A DNA stretch of 64,000 nucleotides from Eubacteriales bacterium. GTDB lineage: Bacteria; Bacillota; Clostridia; Oscillospirales; CAG-272. This document shows positions 45,258 to 55,153 of this stretch, piece after piece. The stretch covers positions 12,631-76,630 of the forward strand of contig JAZKYZ010000022.1 of the NCBI GenBank assembly GCA_045612385.1. The letters run 5' to 3'. A model generated the notes under the pieces. That model was not told the origin of the DNA. It saw only the letters and a list, made by a program, of their open reading frames with translations, and searched no databases. Both the position numbers and the translations under genes were made by a program. Numbering within the stretch: position 1 is the first letter of the stretch; each line of letters opens with the position of its first letter.

Positions 45258-45956
45258 TTAATATCTCTTTCTGGTCTTAACCTGGATAATGAAACCAACG
45301 AGAGCAATGATACCCATTACTACATAGTGAGGAATCACACCAAAGCCGGAGAGGAAGGAGATGTTGCAGATGTTGTAAACGTATGCAAGGGAAAGAGCGA
45401 AGCAGTAACCACCGAGTGCAGCGGTGCCGAGCATCTCAATCCACTTGAGAAGGAGAAGAACGAGAACGATAGCAACAACAGCAACGATTACGGAGTAAAG
45501 AAGGTTACCCTTTGTGAAGTTGAACACCTGAGGAAGGTATGTAGCACTGTAAGCGCAGAAGTATGCAGCGTAACCAACGCCAACAACTACAACTACATAG
45601 TACAAGAACTTGATAAGGAGTGCAACAACAAGACCTACAACGAGACCAACGATCCAACCAGGGATGAAGGAAACCATAGGTGCGAGGAGAGCAACGCCCA
45701 CGCAGAAACCAGCAGCGAAGCCGCCGAGGAACTTAAGAACACCGTAAAGACGCTTACCAAAGAGTGCAACAACAAGTGCAAGCACCATAAAAGCGTAGTA
45801 ACGATATTCCCAAACGGGAGCGAGGAGAGACTTAACCCACTCAATGCCAGCAGCAACATCAGTGTTTGCAAGAGTGGTCGTTACCAAATTCTTGAGATAT
45901 CCGAAGATACCTTCAAGGGTAATGGTAGCATTTTTAATGGATTCAAGAAATGCCAT
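45258..45956 (-). CDS. hypothetical polytopic membrane protein
   Basis: About 7 predicted TM helices. The ATG at 45956 follows AAAGAGG. Confidence 0.55.
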   Translation of the reverse strand: MAFLESIKNATITLEGIFGYLKNLVTTTLANTDVAAGIEWVKSLLAPVWEYRYYAFMVLALVVALFGKRLYGVLKFLGGFAAGFCVGVALLAPMVSFIPGWIVGLVVGLVVALLIKFLYYVVVVVGVGYAAYFCAYSATYLPQVFNFTKGNLLYSVIVAVVAIVLVLLLLKWIEMLGTAALGGYCFALSLAYVYNICNISFLSGFGVIPHYVVMGIIALVGFIIQVKTRKRY

Positions 45957-46533
45957 TTGATTTACCTCTTTCTTTGCATACAAGTATGCTAATATTTTTA
46001 ATCTGGATATAGTATAGCATATCCTTTTTAAAATTTCAAGGGGTTTTATGAATTTTCCTTTAATAATTATGAATTTTTTTTAATAATTTTCTCTCTTGCA
46101 TTTTTTTCAAAAAAGTTGGGATAAAAATGAGTAGATTTTCTGTCGAGAACTTTACTTTTTTCTTTCTCTTGTACGCGCAAACTCTGCGTTTTAGAGGTTA
46201 ATAATGTAAACATTTATTTACCTATAACAAAAAATCCCAAAAATTGCCATAATTGTTCGCGGCTTTAAGAAAGGAGAAAGCAAGCGAGTTTGTTTTTTAT
46301 ATTCTTCGATTCCTTCTTTTTTCCCTCGTCTTTTCTCTGCCACAGGAAGGCTCACGGACAAAAAATCAAGTCCTGTTCGTCAGCGCAACGACAAGCGTGT
46401 AGCGAAAGCGCTTTGCACAAAGGACGGAGAGTCCATACCAATTCCTTTCTTTCAATGCATTTGTGCATACGTTTTTCCTTCGTCACTCTACCACGTCAAT
46501 CGAATTTTCTCAACAAAAACTTTTTCCTTTTTC

Positions 46534-46562
46534 TTGACAATAGAGAAAAAGCGTTTTATAAT
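46534..46562 (+). promoter_or_regulatory. consensus promoter
   Basis: TTGACA (46534-39), 17-nt spacer, TATAAT (46557-62). Confidence 0.7.
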
Positions 46563-46593
46563 AATAATATAAATGTAGAAAAGGAGTGATGAG

Positions 46594-47073
46594 ATGGGAG
46601 AATACCACGCTTGCGCATTCAGTGGGCATCGCACGATTCCCTATGGTGAGCTTAACACCCTTCGTGGGCTAATCGACCGAGCAATCGCATATGCCTATCA
46701 AATGGGATGTCGCACGTTTTATAATGGTGGCGCCATTGGGTTTGATATCGAAGCAGCAGAGCGCGTGCTTCTCTTTCGCGAAAGTCACGATGACCTGCGT
46801 CTTGTCCTTCTTCTTCCCTGCAAAAACCAGGATGAAAAATGGAACAGCGCGCAAAAGAAGCGATATCACAGCGTCCTCTCCTCTGCCGACGAGGTGCAAT
46901 ATATCAGCGACAGTTATACCCCAGACTGTATGAGAGAGAGAAATGCCGCGCTCGTCAAGAATGCCGATATGCTAATCGCTTATCTCTCTCATTATCATTC
47001 AGGGGCTGCGCAAACGGTCAATATGGCAAAACGAAAGGGCATCCCCACCTACAACCTTTATAATCAAAAGTAG
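46594..47073 (+). CDS. SLOG-fold DUF1273 (YpsA-like) protein
   Basis: FSGHR..., GGAIGFDIEAAE and LLLPCKNQDEKW layout, like the YpsA family. Confidence 0.65.
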   Translation: MGEYHACAFSGHRTIPYGELNTLRGLIDRAIAYAYQMGCRTFYNGGAIGFDIEAAERVLLFRESHDDLRLVLLLPCKNQDEKWNSAQKKRYHSVLSSADEVQYISDSYTPDCMRERNAALVKNADMLIAYLSHYHSGAAQTVNMAKRKGIPTYNLYNQK

Positions 47074-47154
47074 CAATTCCTCTTGACATTTGATTTCTTC
47101 TCATTTATAATGTTTCGTATAGTAAAGCGCTAAATCGTTCGTGGAGGATACAGA

Positions 47155-47457
47155 ATGAAAAATGTATTTGATGAAAACACAAATGCTCTTTTTGAGGCGA
47201 TTCTTTCCCTGAAAACCACTGAAGAATGCGAAATGTTTTTCCAGGATATTTGCACCATCAAGGAGATTCAGGATATCTCGCAGAGATACGAGGTTGCCAG
47301 AATGCTCGCCGAAGGAATTTCCTATCAGGAAATCGCTGGTGTTACGGGCGCCTCTACGGCGACCATCAGCCGTGTCAACAAGGCGATACAATATGGCGAG
47401 GGTGGTTATCAGATTGCGCTTGAGCGAAGAAAGAAAAGTAAAACGAAAAAGCAGTAG
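47155..47457 (+). CDS. YerC/YecD family TrpR-related protein
   Basis: ISQRYEVARML..GISYQEIAGVTGASTATISRVNKAIQYG. Confidence 0.8.
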   Translation: MKNVFDENTNALFEAILSLKTTEECEMFFQDICTIKEIQDISQRYEVARMLAEGISYQEIAGVTGASTATISRVNKAIQYGEGGYQIALERRKKSKTKKQ

Positions 47458-47517
47458 TTTAAAAGCGCAAACCTCACCAAACAGCCGAAAAAAATCTTAT
47501 GATTTATAATATCAGAT

Positions 47518-47557
47518 AAAAAAAGTTGCCTCGACAGTATCGAGACAACTTTTTTTA
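47518..47557. terminator. bidirectional terminator
   Basis: AAAAAAGTTGCCTCGA/TCGAGACAACTTTTTTT with one mismatch. Confidence 0.8.
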
Positions 47558-47568
47558 TTCAATTGTGA

Positions 47569-47997
47569 TTACTTGAATACGAACCACAGGAGTATGTAAA
47601 GTAAAATCAGGAAAGGTGTGCAGAAAAGGAAAATCAAAATACCTGTGGTGATTTTGTCCCAAATTGCTGCCTTCTGTTTTCTGGTGAGGGTCGGGAGATG
47701 TAATTTCTTTTTCACCCATTCCCAGCCTTTGTCCAGAGCCTTATGACATTTGCCAAATATATTTTCAGCATATACCTTCGGGTAATAGTACGCTTCTTCG
47801 TCTTCTTCATCTCGGGGTTGCACTTCAACTTTGGATTCCTCTGCACTCTCATCCTGCGCGATAGGGGAGTCCTCCTCAAAGGATACTTCGGCCGTGCTAT
47901 CCACCGTTTCTTCAGAAACGACTTCACTTTCAGGTGTCACATCAGCAGCTTCTGCCACCTCTACTTCCACCTCTGTGGTATTGGTTGTGTCGCCCAT
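47569..47997 (-). CDS. hypothetical acidic protein with C-terminal TM helix
   Basis: E/D/T-rich N-terminal half and the hydrophobic tail ILIFLFCTPFLILLYILLWFVF. GGAGGA RBS lies before the ATG at 47997. Confidence 0.5.
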   Translation of the reverse strand: MGDTTNTTEVEVEVAEAADVTPESEVVSEETVDSTAEVSFEEDSPIAQDESAEESKVEVQPRDEEDEEAYYYPKVYAENIFGKCHKALDKGWEWVKKKLHLPTLTRKQKAAIWDKITTGILIFLFCTPFLILLYILLWFVFK

Positions 47998-48185
47998 TGG
48001 CCTATCCTCCATTATCAATCATTGCGATTTATCTTAATGCAAGAGCAAACCCTTGCAGTAAACTTCGCTTTCTGTCTTAATTATAGCATATAATCTTTAG
48101 TAAGTCAATAATTTTTTATAATTTTTTTCTATTGTTTATCTACTTGCTTTTTTTGCGTATTTATGATAAAATAAAAGGGTAGAAG

Positions 48186-48713
48186 ATGAAAGGAGATGTT
48201 GTTATTATGGCAGTCGCAATCGAAACCGAGAAAAAGTTTATTATCAGGATACCTTCCGTTTCTCTTTTGGAAAAAGAGGAGGGGTACCGAAAGAGCGAAA
48301 TTACCCAGACATATTTCTTTTCGCCCTCAGGCGTGACACACCGTGTCAGAAAAAGAGAGTTTGAAAACGAGGTCATCTATACCGAAACGAAAAAAACACG
48401 AATCTCAAAAATGAGCGTGATTGAGGACGAAAGAGCGCTTTCAAGCGAAGAATACGAGGAGCTTCTCGCCACGCAGGAGATCATTGGCACACCTCTTTCT
48501 AAAACCAGACATATTTTTCACTACGATTCACATACAATCGAAATTGACATCTACCCATTTTGGAAAAAAAGTTGCATCCTTGAGGTAGAACTAAAGAGCG
48601 AGGACGAACAAATTTCCCTTCCCCCATACATTGAAATTATCGAGGACGTGTCCGGCTCGCGCGAATATTCCAACTATACAATGTCACTGGCTTTTCCAAA
48701 GGAAAGAATTTAA
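48186..48713 (+). CDS. CYTH domain protein (triphosphatase/CyaB-like)
   Basis: N-terminal IETEKKFII (ExExK) signature. Alternative start at the ATG at 48207. Confidence 0.7.
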   Translation: MKGDVVIMAVAIETEKKFIIRIPSVSLLEKEEGYRKSEITQTYFFSPSGVTHRVRKREFENEVIYTETKKTRISKMSVIEDERALSSEEYEELLATQEIIGTPLSKTRHIFHYDSHTIEIDIYPFWKKSCILEVELKSEDEQISLPPYIEIIEDVSGSREYSNYTMSLAFPKERI

Positions 48714-48723
48714 GTTTAACAAC

Positions 48724-48756
48724 AAAAAGGAAGACTCACCGGGAGTCTTCCTTTTT
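48724..48756. terminator. bidirectional terminator
   Basis: AAAAAGGAAGACTC/GAGTCTTCCTTTTT. Confidence 0.85.
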
Positions 48757-48833
48757 ATTATACAAGCGCAAGGAGCGCCTCGTGAAGTGCAAGGAGGGGG
48801 GGCTGCTGATGTTGAAAGTAAAACAAAAAAAGG

Positions 48834-48870
48834 ACTATCACCGAGCGATAGTCCTTTTTTAAATTGCCAA
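48834..48870. terminator. bidirectional terminator
   Basis: AAAAAAAGGACTATC/GATAGTCCTTTTTT. Confidence 0.85.
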
Positions 48871-48880
48871 TAGCGAAAAA

Positions 48881-49471
48881 TCATTTGTTTGTGTCAATAT
48901 GAGGCAGGTATGCCTTCAAGTAATCCATACCGGAGAATACGGTCGAAAATGCCATAATTCCCATAATAACATAGGAGGCAATTCTTCCCTCCCAAACAAG
49001 GGGCTCTATGAGAATGATAACCGTACCGACCATTTGGGAGACCGTCTTGATCTTACCAAACAGACTGGCGGCAACCACGATACCACTTTTACCAGCAACC
49101 ACAAGGCGAAGGCTCGTCACAGCGAGTTCACGGAAGAGGATCAGCAGAACGAGAGAGAGGAATATGTAAGCGCAGGTGGTTTCTCCTCTGATAAACATTA
49201 AGGCATTGATGGCTATCATTGAGGCGATTACCATAAACTTATCTGCCAGTGGGTCAATGAATTTTCCAAAGTCGGTAACAAGATTATATTTTCTTGCGAT
49301 TTTACCATCCAGCATATCGGTCAAGGCAGTGAGCGCATAAACGATAGTCGGTACGATCGCGCCCCAAAGATAGATATCCCGCATCATAAGAAGCGAAACA
49401 ACAAATACGGGAACAAGGAGAACACGAACAAACGAGAGAATATTCGGAACATTTAAAGCAGTACTTTTCAT
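48881..49471 (-). CDS. pgsA: CDP-diacylglycerol--glycerol-3-phosphate 3-phosphatidyltransferase
   Basis: PNILSFVRVLLVP and TDMLDGKIARKYNLVTDFGKFIDPLADK motifs. An alternative start at 49492 overlaps the rimO stop. Confidence 0.9.
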   Translation of the reverse strand: MKSTALNVPNILSFVRVLLVPVFVVSLLMMRDIYLWGAIVPTIVYALTALTDMLDGKIARKYNLVTDFGKFIDPLADKFMVIASMIAINALMFIRGETTCAYIFLSLVLLILFRELAVTSLRLVVAGKSGIVVAASLFGKIKTVSQMVGTVIILIEPLVWEGRIASYVIMGIMAFSTVFSGMDYLKAYLPHIDTNK

Positions 49472-49491
49472 TATGATTTCCTTTCTGTCCA

Positions 49492-50820
49492 TTATCCAAG
49501 ACGGAAGCCCCAGAGGTCATAGTCGACAGCTTCATTTATCTTCACCTTGACGAAGGTGCCTTCAGGAATGCGAGTTTTGGAGGTGAAATAGATTTTCGCG
49601 TCTACATCAGGAGCATCTCCATACGAGCGTCCGTAGTGACACTCTGCAACAGGGTCATAGCCCTCGACAAGAACGGTATAGGTTTTTCCGATTTTCTTTT
49701 GATTTTGCTCCTCTGTAATGGTGAGCTGTGTTTGCATCAGGATATCGTATCTATCCTGCTTCACCTGCGCATCCACTGCGCCATCAAACTCATAGGCAGG
49801 GGTGCCTTCTTCCGGAGAATAGGTGAAGGCGCCAAAGCGCTCGAACTTCGTTTTCTTCACGAACTCGCAAAGTTCAGCGAAGTCCTCCTCCGTTTCACCA
49901 GGGAACCCGACCATTGCCGTAGTACGGAGAACGATATCAGGTACACGACGGCGAAGTTTTTTGATGGTGTCGACAATCAGCGCTTTTCCACCGTGACGAT
50001 TCATTCTCGTCAGGACACTGTCGGAAATGTGCTGAATGGGAATATCCATATAAGAAAGAAGCCTATCGTTTTTCGCCATCTCCTCAATGAGATCGTCGGT
50101 AATTTTATCGGGATAACAATAAAGCAAACGAATCCAAGGAATTTTCGTTTCTCGGCAAATGGCACGAACCAGATCGGCGAGTTTGTATTCCCCGTAAATA
50201 TCCAATCCGTAACGAGTGGTGTCCTGCGCAATGAGGTTAAGTTCCTTAACGCCAAGCGCTTCCAGTTCCTTTGCCTCTGCGACGATATCTTCTATCGTAC
50301 GGCTACGCATTCTGCCTCGTATCAGGGGAATGGCGCAATAGGTGCAACGGTTGTCGCATCCCTCGCCAACCTTGAGGTAGGCAGTATATTCGGGCGTGGT
50401 CAAAATGCGCTCGCCACCAAGTGGAGAGGTTTCCTTATCCAAAAAGGAAGAATACTTTTCCCCACGCATAACGGCATCACACGCCTCACGAATTTTCGTA
50501 AGACTTCCGACGCCAAGTATCGCATCAATCTCGGGCATTTCTTTCATTACTTCTTCCCGATAACGCTCAACAAGGCATCCTGTTGCTATGATATGTTTAC
50601 ATTTTGCGTGTTTTTTCAGCCACGCGATGTCTAAAATATTTTCAATCGACTCTTGTTTGGCACTCTCAATAAAACCACAGGTATTGATAACAACAATCTC
50701 TGCTTCCGTTTCATCAGGGGTAATCTCGTACCCACCTTCATAGAGAATGCGTAGCATCACTTCGGTATCTACAAGATTTTTAGAACAACCAAGTGATACA
50801 AAACCGACTTTTGTTTTCAT
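49492..50820 (-). CDS. rimO: ribosomal protein S12 methylthiotransferase RimO
   Basis: VGFVSLGCSKNLVD, radical-SAM CDNRCTYCAIP and a C-terminal TRAM domain; rimO-pgsA adjacency. Confidence 0.85.
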   Translation of the reverse strand: MKTKVGFVSLGCSKNLVDTEVMLRILYEGGYEITPDETEAEIVVINTCGFIESAKQESIENILDIAWLKKHAKCKHIIATGCLVERYREEVMKEMPEIDAILGVGSLTKIREACDAVMRGEKYSSFLDKETSPLGGERILTTPEYTAYLKVGEGCDNRCTYCAIPLIRGRMRSRTIEDIVAEAKELEALGVKELNLIAQDTTRYGLDIYGEYKLADLVRAICRETKIPWIRLLYCYPDKITDDLIEEMAKNDRLLSYMDIPIQHISDSVLTRMNRHGGKALIVDTIKKLRRRVPDIVLRTTAMVGFPGETEEDFAELCEFVKKTKFERFGAFTYSPEEGTPAYEFDGAVDAQVKQDRYDILMQTQLTITEEQNQKKIGKTYTVLVEGYDPVAECHYGRSYGDAPDVDAKIYFTSKTRIPEGTFVKVKINEAVDYDLWGFRLG

Positions 50821-50857
50821 ACGTTACTCCCTTCGGGCTATGCCCAATTTTTGCTTT

Positions 50858-51412
50858 TTAATGGATGTGGAACATTTTTAAAATCTTCTCTCTGAAGCGT
50901 GAGAGGTAGATGCGCACAAGGACGCCAATCAAGAGATCATAACAGATAAAAGAGAGATTGGAAAGTCCATACAGCACCCATATCATCCACGAAGGACCAC
51001 CCTCCGTCAGGTCGACACCGAGAAGAAGGGTGACGAGGAAGAAGATAATAACGAGGGTGACATTGAGCCACACAAGTTTAAGCGGCCACCAGAAAATACG
51101 CTTCGTTTTTTCAATCCATCCTTTCAGGATGGGATAAAAGCCAAAGAGAAATAAATAGACCACCCAAAAATACCTTGTCGGGAAAAAGAGGAAGGACAAA
51201 AGTGAACTGGCAAGCCAGGTGAGATAGGTATATGGAGGTCCGATTTCGACATAGACAAAAACCATAAAGAGCGAAGAGAGCATCAATACAGAAAGGTCAA
51301 TGTCACCGAGAAAGGATGCGACGGCGAGCATCGCCACCGTCATTGCGCACATCAAGGCGCTAAAGGTAAGTTTTTTTACCTCACCCGACGCTGTTTGTTT
51401 TCGTTTTTTCAT
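50858..51412 (-). CDS. hypothetical membrane protein
   Basis: About 5-6 TM helices. Start taken at MKKRKQ, 2 nt after the J-domain gene stop. Confidence 0.5.
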   Translation of the reverse strand: MKKRKQTASGEVKKLTFSALMCAMTVAMLAVASFLGDIDLSVLMLSSLFMVFVYVEIGPPYTYLTWLASSLLSFLFFPTRYFWVVYLFLFGFYPILKGWIEKTKRIFWWPLKLVWLNVTLVIIFFLVTLLLGVDLTEGGPSWMIWVLYGLSNLSFICYDLLIGVLVRIYLSRFREKILKMFHIH

Positions 51413-51414
51413 AA

Positions 51415-52086
51415 TTACAAGCAAGGAATGAGGTCGCCACCAAAGCATTCGCAAATACAATCGCAAAGGGCAAGGTGTAAACAAGTATCACAAGCATCAT
51501 TTGAGTTACAGCAGCCATCTGCGCATCCGGAAGATGTTGTGGTGGCGTTCGTATCGGTGCCAAAGTAGGTACTTCCGTAACCATTGGCGCCGGTGTTAAA
51601 CATTTGCTTTGCTTTCTGATATTCTGTATTTGAGGGGTCAGCCATACAAGCAATTTCAAGCTCACGCATTGCATCATTGACACGACCACGTTTAAAAAGA
51701 ACAAGGCTGTAAAGGTAATGCCATTCGGCAATTCGCTCTTCCTGTGCGACAGATTCCAGAAGTTTCTCTGCCTCCATAATTCGTCCGTGATTGATTTTAT
51801 CACGAATGGTCGCATAGAAGGGGGGAATGTTATCCCACGCGCCACCTGCTGATGAAAAATGGCTACCCGAATGAAATTCGCCTTTGCCACTCGCCTGACG
51901 CATACGCATAATTTCTTCGTATGCCTCATTGATTTGTTGCATTTTTTCGGTGGCGAGTTCCTTCAGGGGGTTGGAGTCATCATAATTGTCTGGGTGATAT
52001 TTACGCGCCAGCGCACGATATGCCGCTTTCACTTCATCATCGGTGGCGTTTTTTGATATCCCAAGAATCTCATATGGGTCTTTCAC
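51415..52086 (-). CDS. J-domain protein with TPR-like middle and Cys-string tail
   Basis: DPYEILGISKNATDDEVKAAYRALARKYHPD J-domain. There are 10 Cys in the last 37 residues. Confidence 0.8.
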   Translation of the reverse strand: MKDPYEILGISKNATDDEVKAAYRALARKYHPDNYDDSNPLKELATEKMQQINEAYEEIMRMRQASGKGEFHSGSHFSSAGGAWDNIPPFYATIRDKINHGRIMEAEKLLESVAQEERIAEWHYLYSLVLFKRGRVNDAMRELEIACMADPSNTEYQKAKQMFNTGANGYGSTYFGTDTNATTTSSGCADGCCNSNDACDTCLHLALCDCICECFGGDLIPCL

Positions 52087-52943
52087 TTTTTTTCTCCTTT
52101 CAAAAATGCAATTCTCTCACGAAGGCCAAGCGTAACGATATTGGACAGGATGCGACGTAGCGTTTCCTTTTTTCCAAAGTCGATAAAAGAAAGTGCCTCC
52201 TCCATTCGCGAGATGTGGAAAATTAAGGCAGTGTGAATATCCTCCCTCTCGCCCTCTGTCAGTGCTTTGCCCTGATACATAAGCAAAAGGGGGTTAAATC
52301 TTCCTTTTTGAAGGTCCTGTGGATAATCCTCTGCCGCATCTGCAATGTAAATAAAAATACCGAGATGCCGACCGAGCTCACGCAGGACGCACGCCGTACT
52401 TTTATCTTCGACGCCGTAGGCAAAAACTTCGCCAAGCAACTCGCCAAAGGGGGCAGCGCAGAGGTCCACAGAGGGACATCCTTCACTTTCAAGCCGAGCA
52501 ATATGGTCAAGTTTCTCTTTCATTAAAAGAGCCAATTCGGGGCAAAGACCACTGCGAGATCTCGCCCGACGAACGGTGGGACGTGCCAGACGCTTTGCCA
52601 TTCGGACAGCGCCTCCCTCATCCACCAGATCATCCTCAAGTTTGAGGTAGGTTAGTTCGGCAAAGACACGTACGGTATAATCGAGAGCGTCATTACCGTC
52701 TAATACATTTCGTTTTTTTATCGGGTGCAAAGCGCATCTTCGCATCTTCGCCGAAATTTGAGCATCGGGAACGAGAGCCATACGCACAAGCGCTAAAAAA
52801 ACGCTATCATACGTCAGTGTCGCCGTAGAGAGAGGCCCAAGCAAAGCCTTCATTCTTTTACAGATACCACAATAGGTGGCCTTGTAAAAAGCGTCGTCCT
52901 TGATTTTCAGTTCCTCTCTTTTCGGCTTAACGTACCCAAACAT
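52083..52943 (-). CDS. DUF5685 family protein
   Basis: MFGYVKPKREELKIKD..YKATYCGICK N-terminus, typical of this family; ATGA-type overlap with the J-domain gene. Confidence 0.65.
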   Translation of the reverse strand: MFGYVKPKREELKIKDDAFYKATYCGICKRMKALLGPLSTATLTYDSVFLALVRMALVPDAQISAKMRRCALHPIKKRNVLDGNDALDYTVRVFAELTYLKLEDDLVDEGGAVRMAKRLARPTVRRARSRSGLCPELALLMKEKLDHIARLESEGCPSVDLCAAPFGELLGEVFAYGVEDKSTACVLRELGRHLGIFIYIADAAEDYPQDLQKGRFNPLLLMYQGKALTEGEREDIHTALIFHISRMEEALSFIDFGKKETLRRILSNIVTLGLRERIAFLKGEKK

Positions 52944-55120
52944 TATTTGTTGCCCATTCCCTTACGGGTGAGTGCAATTCTGTGTTTTACTTTATCTACC
53001 GATTTAATACGCACTTCGATCACATCACCGACCGAGAAAAGCTCGGAGGGGTGCTTCACAAAGCGATCTGCCATTTCCGAAATATGGAGAAGGCCATCGT
53101 GATGAACGCCGATATCGACAAAGCAACCAAAGTCAACTACATTACGAACGGTACCGGTAAGGCACATATCCTCTTTCAGGTCATCAATTTCAAGAACCTC
53201 CGTAGAGAGGACAGGCGCCGGCGCATCATCACGAATGTCACGACCAGGTTTTTCAAGTTCGGTCACGATATCCTCAAGCGTGGGCTCACCACATCCGAGT
53301 TCACGCGCAAGCTTCGCCATACCAAACTGCTCTGCCTTGAAACGAAGAAGAGGAAGGCTACCGGAGCGAACATCCTCCGTAGAATAGCCAAACTTCTTCA
53401 AGAGAGCTTCGGCAATCAGGTAAGATTCTGGGTGAACGCCAGTCGAATCAAAGACCTCGCGCGCGCCAGGAATACGAAGGAAGCCAGCGCACTGGATAAA
53501 GGCCTTTTCACCGATTTTAGGCACCTTGAGAAGTTGCTTTCTGGAGGTGAATTCACCATTTGCCTCACGATAAGCGACAATGTTTTTCGCAGCAGTGAGG
53601 TTGATGCCGGAAACGTAGGAAAGAAGCGAATAGGATGCCGTATTTAAGTCAACACCTACGGCGTTAACGCAATCCTCGACCACGCCACCCAAAGCTTCGG
53701 TCAGGCGAGCAGGCTTCATATCGTGCTGATACTGACCAACACCGATTGCCTTCGGCTCGATTTTAACAAGTTCAGCAAGGGGGTCTTGCAGACGGCGAGC
53801 AATAGAGATTGCAGAGCGCTGCATTACATCAAAATCCGGAAATTCCTGCTCAGCAAGCTTGGATGCCGAATAAACGGAAGCGCCAGATTCGGAAACAATG
53901 GTATATTTTACGCCACGTGGGCAGGTGGGATCCTTCAGGACATCATTTGCGATAAAGGCTTCCGACTCGCGGGAAGCCGTACCGTTACCGATAGAGATGA
54001 TATCGACACCGTGTTTTTTGATAAGACCAAGCACAATTCTCTTGGATTTTTCGATTTCGGAGCGAGGCTTGGTGGGGTAAATCACGGCAGTGTCGAGCAC
54101 CTTACCAGTTTTATCGACAACAGCAAGTTTACAGCCGTGTGCGTAACCAGGGTCGTAACCGAGCACAACTTTTCCCTTGATGGGAGAAACAAGAAGGAGG
54201 TTACGGAGGTTCTCTGAGAATACCTTTAATGCGCCCTCGCAAGCGTCATCAAAGAGGGTGGTACGAATCTCACGCTCAATCGCTGGGAACAGAAGTCTGT
54301 CATAGGCATCACGCAGGGTTTCCATAAGATAAGGAAGGGCGGGAGAATTCTGGTTTGTGATGATACGGGAAACGAGCTGCGCTACACCGTCCTCCACAGG
54401 AAGGGTGACAGCCACTTTGAGAAAATCCTCCTTTTCGCCACGATTGATCGCAAGGACACGGTGAGGACGAAGCTTAGCGATTGGCTCCTCAAAGTTATAG
54501 TAGGTTTCATAAACGCTGCTTTCCTCTGTGGTCCCCTTAGCGCAAAGAGAGCCATAGCGTGTGGTGTACTCACGAAGCATTTTACGGATTTCGGCATCAT
54601 TGGAAACATCCTCTGCGTTGATATCGGATGCGCCCTGAAGGGCTGCCTTTACGTCAGGCACTTCCTTTCCCTCTTCCATAGAGATGAACTGCTCTGCATA
54701 CACATCAATCGCAGGGTCATACGCATCTCTCTGTTCCATAATATATTTTGCCAAAGGCTCAAGCCCCTTCGCGCGAGCGATAGAAGCACGTGTCGTTCTC
54801 TTGGGACGGAAAGGACGATAGATGTCCTCAAGCTCGACAAGGGTAGCTGCTGCGCCAAGCGCAAAGGTGATTTCGGGAGTGAGTTTTTCCTGCGCTTCAA
54901 TAAGGTTGGAAATCTCACCACGTCTTTCATCCAGCTTACGAAGATATGTGAGTCTATCAAAAAGGTCACGAAGCGTACCGTCATCAAGACTTCCCGTCAC
55001 CTCTTTACGGTAACGTGAGATAAAGGGAATGGTATTTCCCTCATCAATCAAAGCGATGGTATTTGACACCTGCTCCTCTTTGATGTTAAATTCTTCTGCT
55101 AATACTTTTACAATGTCCAT
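52943..55120 (-). CDS. tex: Tex-like transcription accessory protein (S1 domain)
   Basis: NTIPFISRYRKE, a YqgF-like middle, HhH, and a C-terminal S1 domain (GTVRNVVDFGCFVDIG). Confidence 0.92.
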   Translation of the reverse strand: MDIVKVLAEEFNIKEEQVSNTIALIDEGNTIPFISRYRKEVTGSLDDGTLRDLFDRLTYLRKLDERRGEISNLIEAQEKLTPEITFALGAAATLVELEDIYRPFRPKRTTRASIARAKGLEPLAKYIMEQRDAYDPAIDVYAEQFISMEEGKEVPDVKAALQGASDINAEDVSNDAEIRKMLREYTTRYGSLCAKGTTEESSVYETYYNFEEPIAKLRPHRVLAINRGEKEDFLKVAVTLPVEDGVAQLVSRIITNQNSPALPYLMETLRDAYDRLLFPAIEREIRTTLFDDACEGALKVFSENLRNLLLVSPIKGKVVLGYDPGYAHGCKLAVVDKTGKVLDTAVIYPTKPRSEIEKSKRIVLGLIKKHGVDIISIGNGTASRESEAFIANDVLKDPTCPRGVKYTIVSESGASVYSASKLAEQEFPDFDVMQRSAISIARRLQDPLAELVKIEPKAIGVGQYQHDMKPARLTEALGGVVEDCVNAVGVDLNTASYSLLSYVSGINLTAAKNIVAYREANGEFTSRKQLLKVPKIGEKAFIQCAGFLRIPGAREVFDSTGVHPESYLIAEALLKKFGYSTEDVRSGSLPLLRFKAEQFGMAKLARELGCGEPTLEDIVTELEKPGRDIRDDAPAPVLSTEVLEIDDLKEDMCLTGTVRNVVDFGCFVDIGVHHDGLLHISEMADRFVKHPSELFSVGDVIEVRIKSVDKVKHRIALTRKGMGNK

Positions 55121-55153
55121 TAGGGTTCCTTTCTGCTTTTGCAGTGTATATAA

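Noticed and set aside
46290-46589. 99-aa ORF in the long intergenic gap.
   Set aside because: It has low-complexity Phe/Ser-rich sequence, no RBS, and overlaps a consensus promoter. It is unlikely to be coding.
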